The notes under the pieces are model-generated. The model had not been told where the DNA came from, did not search any database, and was given only the letters and a program-made list of their open reading frames with translations. Both the position numbers and the translations under genes were made by a program. DNA of 63,656 nucleotides, filler included. It is 7 parts of 7 records of this genome, joined end to end, with 100 filler letters (N's around TTAATTAATTAA, not from the genome) between each part and the next. Parts side by side here need not be neighbours in the genome. Positions count along the whole stretch, not along the records: positions 9,815 to 20,001 come from SRR31147125_5471; positions 20,102 to 25,689 come from SRR31147125_5475; positions 25,790 to 37,839 come from SRR31147125_5479; 4 more parts are not named here. One strand, given 5' to 3'. Below, piece by piece: positions 19,625 to 27,774 of the stretch. Each line of letters begins with the position of its first letter. Within the stretch, counting starts at the first letter, position 1.

Positions 19625-20001
19625 GCATGCGCGACCGATAAATGCAATGACAATTTGCAATGCGTTTAAAATGCAGCCAAAAGATACCGTTACATTATGC
19701 CAGAAATGCCATAACGGCTTGCCAAAATAATGTTTTCTGAATAATGCACTCATTGTATTCAGTTTCATCGGGTGCCACTTTTCGGTTATTTGATGAAGTT
19801 GAAATGTGTTCAGAGCTAAACAAAGAGTACGTGCAAAAGGGTTATCGATCACTTCCGATACATGAGCCGCACAATACCCCATAAGCGATTTTGAATCAAG
19901 TTCATTTTTCAAATAATATGAAAAATAGATTTGAATATACAGCCGGTTATAATCCTCACTGATTCAATTTGCGTCGGTCCGACGGGGTGGCCGGACGCTG
20001 G

Positions 20002-20101
20002 NNNNNNNNNNNNNNNNNNNNNNNNNNNNNNNNNNNNNNNNNNNNTTAATTAATTAANNNNNNNNNNNNNNNNNNNNNNNNNNNNNNNNNNNNNNNNNNN
20101 N
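20002..20101. other. Artificial contig linker
   Basis: N44-TTAATTAATTAA-N44. Confidence 0.99.
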
Positions 20102-20142
20102 GGCCCGCTGGCCCGTCTAAGTTCCGGTGAAAAGATGAATGT

Positions 20143-20502
20143 TTATTCTTCCAACTGTTCAACAGCAAGCCCCATAGCGTCCGCAAGTTTTTTAAGTGTG
20201 GCGTACCGGGGGTTGCTTCCGGGCCGTTCAAGTTTGGCGACGGCAGGTTGGGTCATACCGGCTTTTTCGGCAAGCTCTTCCTGGGTCATATCCAGGTATT
20301 CGCGCCAAGCTTTAATCATGGTGTCCCCGCGTACGTTGGCCTTAACAACTTCATGGGGAATAGTCAGTTCGCTTTCGTCGTTGATATGTATATCCGCTGC
20401 TTTTTGCAGCTCGACAAACTGGTCGAACGGAATCACGGCAAAAGCGGGTTTCCCGTCCTTTTCAATGATTTGGGGTTCGATTTTTTTAATAGGTTTGGTC
20501 AT
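20143..20502 (-). CDS. Antitoxin, HTH-XRE (HigA-like)
   Basis: N-terminal QIIEKDGKPAFAVIP and C-terminal HTH (IKAWREYLDMTQEELAEKAGMTQPAVAKLE). Overlaps the toxin stop. Confidence 0.88.
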   Translation of the reverse strand: MTKPIKKIEPQIIEKDGKPAFAVIPFDQFVELQKAADIHINDESELTIPHEVVKANVRGDTMIKAWREYLDMTQEELAEKAGMTQPAVAKLERPGSNPRYATLKKLADAMGLAVEQLEE

Positions 20503-20743
20503 CTCTTTTCTTAACCTCCTGAATAGTTATAACGGTGATGGCTTCCTCATGATCGAACAGAACCCGATAGCGGCCAACCCGAAGCCGATAACCGTAAGCA
20601 TGGTTTTTGAGAGCCGTAACGTTTCGGCTTTCTGTCGGGAAATCTGCCAAGCCGTCAACCGCTTCCACAATTGCCAATTGGTAGTTCTTTGGAATCCTGT
20701 TGAGTTGCTTGCGGGCTTTGTTTTTCCATTCGATTGCGTTCAT
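20486..20743 (-). CDS. RelE/ParE-family toxin
   Basis: IEW..KARKQL..I, YRLRVGRYRVLF, IQEVKKRD. Confidence 0.9.
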   Translation of the reverse strand: MNAIEWKNKARKQLNRIPKNYQLAIVEAVDGLADFPTESRNVTALKNHAYGYRLRVGRYRVLFDHEEAITVITIQEVKKRDDQTY

Positions 20744-20749
20744 GGTTGT

Positions 20750-20777
20750 ATTATAACTTAATATAACCCTTTGTCAA
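20750..20777 (-). promoter_or_regulatory. Consensus sigma70 promoter of the TA operon (leaderless)
   Basis: TTGACA-16 bp-TATAAT. The ATG begins 7 nt after the -10 and there is no SD. Confidence 0.8.
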
Positions 20778-20818
20778 CAAAAAAGTTATAAAAGGATATA
20801 AAAAGTTATGAGGTATGA

Positions 20819-21127
20819 ATGAAAACCCTAGACCCTAACGATATTGTTTTTATTTCCGGCCCAATGACCGGCCAAAAAGATTTTAACCGCCCTGCGTTTT
20901 TTGAAGCCGAGGAAATTGTGAAAGATTCGGGGGCGGTTATAAAAAATCCGGCCCACCTTCCCGACGGACACCCGTGGGAATGGTACATGCGGGAATGCCT
21001 GAAAATGCTTGCTGTGAGTACCGCCATTTTGCAACTTCCAGGATGGGAGAATAGCCAAGGGGCACGGCTGGAAAACAAGGTGGCGGAAAAATTAAGGTTG
21101 AAATTAGTGAGTCTTGAAAATGCCTGA
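20819..21127 (+). CDS. DUF4406 phage protein (nucleoside deoxyribosyltransferase-like fold)
   Basis: FISGPMTG..DFNRPAF, NPA.LP, W..YMR.CL.ML, LPGWENSQGARLE. Confidence 0.9.
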   Translation: MKTLDPNDIVFISGPMTGQKDFNRPAFFEAEEIVKDSGAVIKNPAHLPDGHPWEWYMRECLKMLAVSTAILQLPGWENSQGARLENKVAEKLRLKLVSLENA

Positions 21128-21287
21128 CGAAAAAAAGACAAACAGCAAAGCCCTAATCGTTGACGGTCAACAACTCCACGAATGGACAGGCAAAAGAACG
21201 CCAAAAGATATCCAAAGCCTTGTCGGTCTAAGGGGAATAAAAATAATCAAATTGGATGAAATTGAAGTTATTGGAGGTCAGGTTTGA
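21120..21287 (+). CDS. Small hypothetical phage protein (55 aa), not in ORF track
   Basis: MPDEKKTNSKALIVDGQQLHEWTGKRTPKDIQSLVGLRGIKIIKLDEIEVIGGQV*. It overlaps the upstream stop and the downstream TTG start (TTGA). Confidence 0.6.
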   Translation: MPDEKKTNSKALIVDGQQLHEWTGKRTPKDIQSLVGLRGIKIIKLDEIEVIGGQV

Positions 21288-22030
21288 TTGATCCTTTTTA
21301 CCAAGATAGCCATGTAACCATTTATCACGCTGATTGCCGTGCAATTTTCCCCGAGCTTCCCGTGGCCGACCTGATTCTGGCCGATCCGCCTTATTCATCG
21401 GGCGGCATGATGCGCTCCGACCGCAATATGAAAGTAACAGACAAATATAAGCTTTCCAACGTGGTTAAAAAATATCACGGCTTTTCCGGCGACAATAGGG
21501 ACCAACGGAGCTTTTTAATCTGGTGCGATTTGTGGCTATCCGAGGCAATCCGCCGGACCAGGGTAGGCGGCGCGTTGATCTGCTTTATTGATTGGCGAAA
21601 CCTCCCGGTCCTGGTTGATGCCGTCCAGGTTGCCGGTTGGGTTTACCGTGGGCTTGCTGTTTGGGACAAAGGACCGAGCGCAAGGCCGGATAAGGGTTGG
21701 TTTAAATCTCAATCCGAATATATGGTGCTGGCGACAAACGGGCCGCTAGTTCACGGCGCGAACTCAACGGGCATATGTCAAAAGGGCGTTTTTAAACATG
21801 GCGTAGTTGGGGCCAATAAACAACACCTGACCGAAAAGCCGGTGGGGTTAATTTCTGAGCTTTTGCAAACCCGTGACGATTGGCAAACTATCATTGACCC
21901 ATTCACCGGGTCCGGCACGACTTTAAGGGCGGCAAAGGATTTAAACCGACGGGCCATTGGTGTTGATCTGGAAAAATATAATTGCGAAGTGGCGGCGAAG
22001 CGGTGCGAACAGGACGTTTTTGCTTTTTGA
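21284..22030 (+). CDS. Site-specific DNA methyltransferase (N4-C/N6-A, beta class)
   Basis: DPPY catalytic motif precedes H.TEKP and the DPFTGSGTT SAM-binding motif. Confidence 0.93.
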   Translation: MIDPFYQDSHVTIYHADCRAIFPELPVADLILADPPYSSGGMMRSDRNMKVTDKYKLSNVVKKYHGFSGDNRDQRSFLIWCDLWLSEAIRRTRVGGALICFIDWRNLPVLVDAVQVAGWVYRGLAVWDKGPSARPDKGWFKSQSEYMVLATNGPLVHGANSTGICQKGVFKHGVVGANKQHLTEKPVGLISELLQTRDDWQTIIDPFTGSGTTLRAAKDLNRRAIGVDLEKYNCEVAAKRCEQDVFAF

Positions 22031-22041
22031 AAGAACTATAA

Positions 22042-24081
22042 ATGATCGACCTTGGCAGGGCATCAAAACAGCGGTCGGAATATTACCGGCCACCTGAAAC
22101 CCCGGACGATCCGGTCGAAGCTTTCCGCCTGGCGTTAGCCGAATATGGACTCGAGCCAGACACCATTGAACCTTCGGGCCGGTTGATCCGGGTTGACGTA
22201 GACAAACGCGGCGACAAGGCCGGGTGGTATGTGTTCTTCGCTGGCGACGTTTGCGCCGGTGCGTTCGGTAATTGGAAAACCGGCGATAAACATAATTGGT
22301 GCCAGTATGGACAGGGCGACCTGTCGGACGCTCAGGCCACCGAATACCAAAGAATGGTGGCCGAAGCCCGACGCCAACGAGAGGAAGAACAAGCCCGGCT
22401 GCAGACCGAAGCCAAAGTGCGAGCAAATGAGATTTGGAACCGAGCAGACCCGGCACCGGTAGATCATCCGTATTTTCAGAAAAAGGGCGTCGTATGCCAC
22501 GGGCTAAAGGTAAGTCGGGATCTGGTTGTGCCCGTCATGGACGCCGACGGGGTTGTCCACAACCTGCAATTCATTAAACCCGAGGGTGAAAAAAATTCCT
22601 GTTCGGCGGGAGGGTGGAGGGCCTTTCTTTTACAATCCCCGGCGACGGTCAATGGTTTGTTTGCGAGGGATACGCCACCGGCGCTTCAATTCATCAAGCG
22701 ACGGGCGGGACGGTTGTATGTGCTTTCAACGCAGGAAATTTACCCCCTGTGGCGCGAACAGTCCGGGACCGGTGCCCAACTACTCCGATTGTCATTTGTG
22801 CGGATAACGACCGTTTCACGGCAGGGAATCCGGGCATCCGATTTGCCGACGAGGCGGCAAAGGCCACGGGCGCAACCGTGACGGTCCCGAACTTCGAGGG
22901 CATACCGGGCGGGGACGACCCGGACCTCAAGTGGACGGACTTCAACGACTTGGCGACCGTTGCGACGGTTGAAACCGTCCGAACACAAATAACCCAACGT
23001 GGTCAACGTGGACGGCTCCCACCTTTGACCGACATGGGTTCGCGGGTTAGAAACCGCTTGAAGTCCCGACCGAAACCCCTTGATTTTATATTTAAATACA
23101 ACGATCAGGGTTTGATTCCGCGTGGTGTTGTAGGCGTACTGACGGCCACGGGCGGAACGGGCAAAACCTTCTTTCTCCTGTCGTTGGCAAAGGCGGCGGC
23201 GTCCGGCGAAACTTCGGGCCGATCCGTGCTCCCAACCCGCTTAAAACGCTGGTCATAGTCGGAGAGGACACACAGGACGAACTCGACCGGCGTTTGTGGG
23301 ATATTGGGCGCGGCCAGTTTCCCGAGCTTTTACACGCGGCGTCCGTTTATGGAGAACTAGGGCCGTTGATGCGTCTTGACGGGCCGGTCCCAGTCCTGGC
23401 CGATACCTACTATTGGTTGGAGGAAACAATCAAGGGGCACCCTGGCCTTGAGTTGCTAATTATCGACCCCAAAAGCCGGTTCTACGGGTTGGACGAAAAC
23501 AACAGTGAACACGCTACCCAATGGATTCAGGCTCTTGAGGGTCTTTCAAAACGCCACGGGCTGACAATCCTATTCTCCCACCATACGTCGAAGGATACGG
23601 CCGGGAGGATCAGCCAGAACATGAGTCGGGGATCTTCTGCCATTGTGGACGGTTGCCGGTGGCAGGGCGGACTTGCCCGAATGGATGAAGACACGGCGGC
23701 GCGGCTTGGGGTCAAGAATCCACGGGAGTACGTTTTGTTCGACGCGCCGAAGTCGAATTATGCAGCGGACCTGCCGGGAACGATTTGCTTTAAGCGTGGC
23801 GAAAACGGCGTCCTGGAATATACCGAGCCGGGCAAAAAGCACTTGGAACACCTGGCCGAGGAATTGTTCAAAAAGCTTCGAGACGATCCAGAACAATACA
23901 GCCGGAACGAATTGACGAACGAAAAACGCGGCGCCGAAATAGCCCGAGAAATGAAAGCGGCTTTTCTGGATTTGCCCGGTCCAGGGATATGGGCCGGGCT
24001 CTTGATTGGGCGCTGAAACATGATTTTTTGATTGAAAAAAATAGCTTGATTAAGATTAACGAAGATAAAGTTATTGGTTGA
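22042..24081 (+). CDS. Toprim primase-RepA/AAA_25 helicase fusion (reconstructed across up to 3 homopolymer frameshifts)
   Basis: GWY..GAFGNW N-domain; Toprim CEGYATG, AFNAGNL, ADND, TDFNDL; Walker A ATGGTGKT, GEDTQDEL, LLIIDP, HHTSK, RGSSA. Shifts at A7 22589-95, A3 23209-11 and (less certain) T4 23962-65. Confidence 0.82.
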
Positions 24082-24148
24082 GATGATAGTGTTTGTAGGA
24101 TCAGATGAGAGCTTTTCACACAATACATTTAACTAGGAGGGAACGACA

Positions 24149-25492
24149 ATGAGACAAGTTATTGTGTTCAAAAACCAGGAGATTATGAACGCTTTTGCGG
24201 AGGAAAACAAGATTCCCGAGGGTGTTGGTTTGGATTATTTTGACGAGAACGGAACGCTTTCAAGGATTGATGAACACGATAAAGGGTATCCAAGTTTTTT
24301 TTGCGTGGACATGTTTACCCACTATTGCCGGGCCATTTTTTTCGCTATGTCCGAAGGGTGGCGAAGATTGTGTGTTGACGATGAACCTGTTTATATCGCT
24401 CAAATAAGCTGCGAGGACTTAGGTTTTGTACTTAAAAAACTGAAAGCGGAGAACGAAGGTTCTTATATAGCCGAACCATATAGGCCCCGGCGAATCTGGG
24501 AGGCTCCAGCCACAATACCGATTAATAATAATATCCTGATTGAAATCAAGAAGGACTCCCCCAAGCCCGCCATTGACGGATTGTTGGGGCAGGGCGAAAG
24601 CCTTTTGATTTCCGGTGCTGCCGGAATCGGAAAAAGCCTGTTGGTTAATTACATGGCGTATGCCTTAGCCAATCAAAAAAGCCTTTGGGGGCAATACGAT
24701 ATTCCACAAAAGTTAACGTCTTTAATTATCCAATCCGAGGTCGACGGATTCGCACAACGCGACCGGCTAAAAAAACTGCTGACCGGAAATCCCACTTTTA
24801 AAAGCGACCGTGTTTTCACTCTTGGATCGTCTTGCAATTTTACCGATTGCCGAACTATTGGATGGTTGAATGATGAAGATTTCCAACAGAGGGTCAAAGA
24901 CGCCATTGAAGAAATAGATGCCGATGTTCTTTTTATTGATCCCCTTATTTCTTTCAACCCTGTTGACGAAAACAACAACACCCAAATGAGAAAAATTCTC
25001 GATTCCCTTATGGACGCAGTGAGCGAAACCGGCGTCAGTGTTGTTGTTACCCACCATGTCAAAAAGGATGGTAGTAAAACCAGGGGTGCAAGTGCGATTC
25101 GGGACTGGGCGGCTAACGCAATTGAGCTTGAACTGGACCGCCTGGAAGGTGGAGAGTCCCGAATAAAAGTTATTCATGACAAAGCCCGGAACTTTGAACA
25201 GGTTGATCCGTTCTATCTGACCAGAACACGAAACCTGTCTTTTGAATTGGCCGAAAGCAAGGCCACCAGACGCGAGGACGAACGGTTACAATGCGTGGTC
25301 GATGCGCTGAAGGCGGCAGGCGGCAGGATTGAGGGACAAAGGGCTTTGCAGGATTTGGTATGCAAAACGGCTGATCTTGGCGAAAGAACGGCAAGGGAAA
25401 GAATTCGGGATGCACGCGATTGTGAGTTGATTTTAGAGATTGATGGCGGGGCGAGAAACCAAAAAACATATCTGTTTTTTGATGCCAAATAG
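24149..25492 (+). CDS. Second RepA-like AAA_25 helicase with unknown N-domain and probable C-terminal wHTH
   Basis: GAAGIGKS, LFIDPL, DENNN, THHVKK, RGASA. GGAGG RBS. Confidence 0.85.
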   Translation: MRQVIVFKNQEIMNAFAEENKIPEGVGLDYFDENGTLSRIDEHDKGYPSFFCVDMFTHYCRAIFFAMSEGWRRLCVDDEPVYIAQISCEDLGFVLKKLKAENEGSYIAEPYRPRRIWEAPATIPINNNILIEIKKDSPKPAIDGLLGQGESLLISGAAGIGKSLLVNYMAYALANQKSLWGQYDIPQKLTSLIIQSEVDGFAQRDRLKKLLTGNPTFKSDRVFTLGSSCNFTDCRTIGWLNDEDFQQRVKDAIEEIDADVLFIDPLISFNPVDENNNTQMRKILDSLMDAVSETGVSVVVTHHVKKDGSKTRGASAIRDWAANAIELELDRLEGGESRIKVIHDKARNFEQVDPFYLTRTRNLSFELAESKATRREDERLQCVVDALKAAGGRIEGQRALQDLVCKTADLGERTARERIRDARDCELILEIDGGARNQKTYLFFDAK

Positions 25493-25500
25493 GTGGAAAT

Positions 25501-25689
25501 GACTGTGGCAACGACTGTGGCAAATTTCGACTGTGGCAATTGCCACACTGAATTCTTGCCACAGTCGAAGCTATTGAAATTGTTTATTTTTTTATTTTTT
25601 GACTGTGGCAAGTTGCCACTGTGGCAAAAAGAAATTTGCCACAGTCAAACTATTTGATTTTATTGGGTTTTTGACTGTGGCAAGTGTGG
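25501..25689. repeat. Iteron-like array, probable replication origin
   Basis: GACTGTGGCAA forward at 25501, 25513, 25529, 25601 and 25673, inverted at 25556 and 25636, partial cores at 25540, 25613 and 25620, with AT-rich spacers. Confidence 0.8.
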
Positions 25690-25789
25690 NNNNNNNNNNN
25701 NNNNNNNNNNNNNNNNNNNNNNNNNNNNNNNNNTTAATTAATTAANNNNNNNNNNNNNNNNNNNNNNNNNNNNNNNNNNNNNNNNNNNN
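25690..25789. other. Artificial contig linker
   Basis: N44-TTAATTAATTAA-N44. Confidence 0.99.
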
Positions 25790-25925
25790 GGGGGGATTTG
25801 GTATGCCCCCCTAAGGCGTTGCTGCTGAAGTTCTATCTCTCCACGCCTTTGTAATTGGATGAGCTGGGTAGCGGACTCGAAAGATTGGAGTTTCCAATTA
25901 CACGAGTGGGAGAGTTGACCGGTGA

Positions 25926-27515
25926 TCAAGCCAGGCTTTCGAAAATATGATACTCTTCAATATGGTAGTGGGGTTCGGGATAGATGGCAATGGGGGTACC
26001 GAAACGGCGCTCCAATGATGAGACGAGATGTTTTTCCTCTCCATGGAACAGTTGGGCAATCTCCGGATGCACCTTGACGGTAAATCGATTGCCCATCATG
26101 TCTGTGGATTCGTTGATGAGATCTCTGTAGATCTTGTGGCAAATTGATTTCCCCGACAAAAGCATGCCGTCACCGCCGCAGTAAAAGCAGGGTTCGCACA
26201 ATGTGCGGGTGAGATTCCGTCGAACGCGTTTTCGGGTCATCTGCACCAGGCCCAAATCGGACAGCGGCAATACATTGGTCTGGCTTTTGTCTTTTTTGAG
26301 CGCTTCATTGAGTTGGGTCATCACTTTCTCTTTATGCTGATTCTTCTTCATGTCGATAAAATCGATGATGATGATGCCTCCGATGTTCCGCAGCCGGATC
26401 TGATAAGCAATCTCTTTGACGGCCTCCAGATTGGTCTTCAGAATGGTCTCCTCGAAGTTATGTTTCCCCACGTATCGCCCGGTATTGACATCAATGGCCA
26501 CCAGTGCTTCGGTCTGCTCGATGACAATGTAACCGCCGGACTTCAGCCACACCTTCTTCTTCAGCGCCCTGGCAATATCCCCTTCGATATTGTAGGCATC
26601 GAAAATCGGTTCGGTTCCGTCATAAAGCTCCACCGAGACTTTCAGATCCGGCATCAGTTTTTCCAGGAACTCCAGAACGTTGTCGTATCCTTCCTTGGAG
26701 TCGATGATCAACTTGTCCGCCTCGTCGGTCAGAAGATCCCTCACCGCCCGAAAGGTGACGGTAAGGTCTCGATAGACCAGAGAGGGGGACGGAGCCGTCA
26801 CGTTTTTCGCCTGGATATCCTCCCAGGTTTTGTTGAGAAAGGCGATCTCCTTTCTGAGTCGTTCTTCCTGAATCCCTTCGGCTGCTGTTCGAAGAATATA
26901 GCCGAAGTTATCCTGTCTCACCGACAGCAGAAGTTCCTTGAGACGACTTCGCTCTTTGTCGTTGTCGATGCGCTTGGAAATACCGATATGGTCCACCGTA
27001 GGCATGAGCACCATGAATCGACCCGGCAGGGAGATGTGAGTCGTTACCCTTGGCCCTTTCGTGCCGATGGGGGATTTGGCTACCTGAACCAGGATCTCCT
27101 GCCCTTCGGTGATCAGATCCTCGATGGGGCACTCTGCGGCAGTGTTTTGCCAACTGGATGCGCTGGAAAGTTCACTCTCTTTATGTTCCGAGTCGGTATC
27201 TTCGATCTCATCTTCGGTATCCAACTCTATTTCGATGTCGTCGTCGCTCTCCTGCTCAAAGCGCTTGGCCAGCTCTTCGTCGGTGCTCTCGTCCAAGATA
27301 TCATCCACATAGAGAAACGCCGCCTGATTCAGCCCGATATCCACAAATGCCGCCTGCATGCCGGGCAACACCCGTTGAACCCGACCTTTATAAATGTTTC
27401 CGGTGATATTGGTTTCATCTCCCCGCTCGATAAAGAGCTCGGCGATGTTCCCGTTTTCAAGTACCGCCACCCGTGTTTCATGGGGTGCGGCATTGACCAC
27501 AAGTTCCTTTAACAT
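25926..27515 (-). CDS. rng: Ribonuclease G (Rne/Rng family)
   Basis: GNIYKGRVQRVLPGMQAAFVDIG, IDVNTG, RLRNIGGIIIIDFIDM, CxxC. Start set at MLKELVVN (RBS GAAGGGGA). Confidence 0.94.
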   Translation of the reverse strand: MLKELVVNAAPHETRVAVLENGNIAELFIERGDETNITGNIYKGRVQRVLPGMQAAFVDIGLNQAAFLYVDDILDESTDEELAKRFEQESDDDIEIELDTEDEIEDTDSEHKESELSSASSWQNTAAECPIEDLITEGQEILVQVAKSPIGTKGPRVTTHISLPGRFMVLMPTVDHIGISKRIDNDKERSRLKELLLSVRQDNFGYILRTAAEGIQEERLRKEIAFLNKTWEDIQAKNVTAPSPSLVYRDLTVTFRAVRDLLTDEADKLIIDSKEGYDNVLEFLEKLMPDLKVSVELYDGTEPIFDAYNIEGDIARALKKKVWLKSGGYIVIEQTEALVAIDVNTGRYVGKHNFEETILKTNLEAVKEIAYQIRLRNIGGIIIIDFIDMKKNQHKEKVMTQLNEALKKDKSQTNVLPLSDLGLVQMTRKRVRRNLTRTLCEPCFYCGGDGMLLSGKSICHKIYRDLINESTDMMGNRFTVKVHPEIAQLFHGEEKHLVSSLERRFGTPIAIYPEPHYHIEEYHIFESLA

Positions 27516-27774
27516 AATTGTCCCCTTCCAAAATAATCCCTCAAAATATTTTATTGTACCTGAGCGTGGTAGAAAACATCCGGCGCCGGAAAGGCTGAGT
27601 TTGTCATTCAGTAGGTGGACCAAAATTTCTCCCGGTTAAAATCCTGGAACAATAGGCATCAATGAATTGTTCCATTGATGAAAAGGGGAAAAATTTATGT
27701 CCCGGTACTTGCATTGAACCCGGTTTTTCCGGTGCCGGGAGATGTGTGATTTTCAGGCACCCAGATAATTAAGC

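Larger units (their letters stand above)
20102..25689. mobile_element. Prophage/phage-satellite/plasmid replication region (fragment)
   Basis: DUF4406, phage-type methylase, primase-helicase, second helicase, iteron array and TA pair. No integrase or structural genes on the contig. Confidence 0.8.

Noticed and set aside
19690-19730. sigma54 promoter upstream of marR (several TGGCA)
   Set aside because: None has GC at the required GG-N10-GC spacing.
22585-22600. Programmed -1 frameshift at the A7 run in the primase
   Set aside because: It would split the Toprim domain, and the same one-base homopolymer loss occurs throughout the dataset.
25501-25689. CRISPR array
   Set aside because: The repeat is only 11 bp, occurs in both orientations with irregular 1-35 bp gaps, and no cas genes are present.
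25790-25920. Integron attC site or group II intron RT remnant
   Set aside because: No proper RYYYAAC/GTTRRRY boxes. The LDELG...LER resemblance lacks PQG and YADD.
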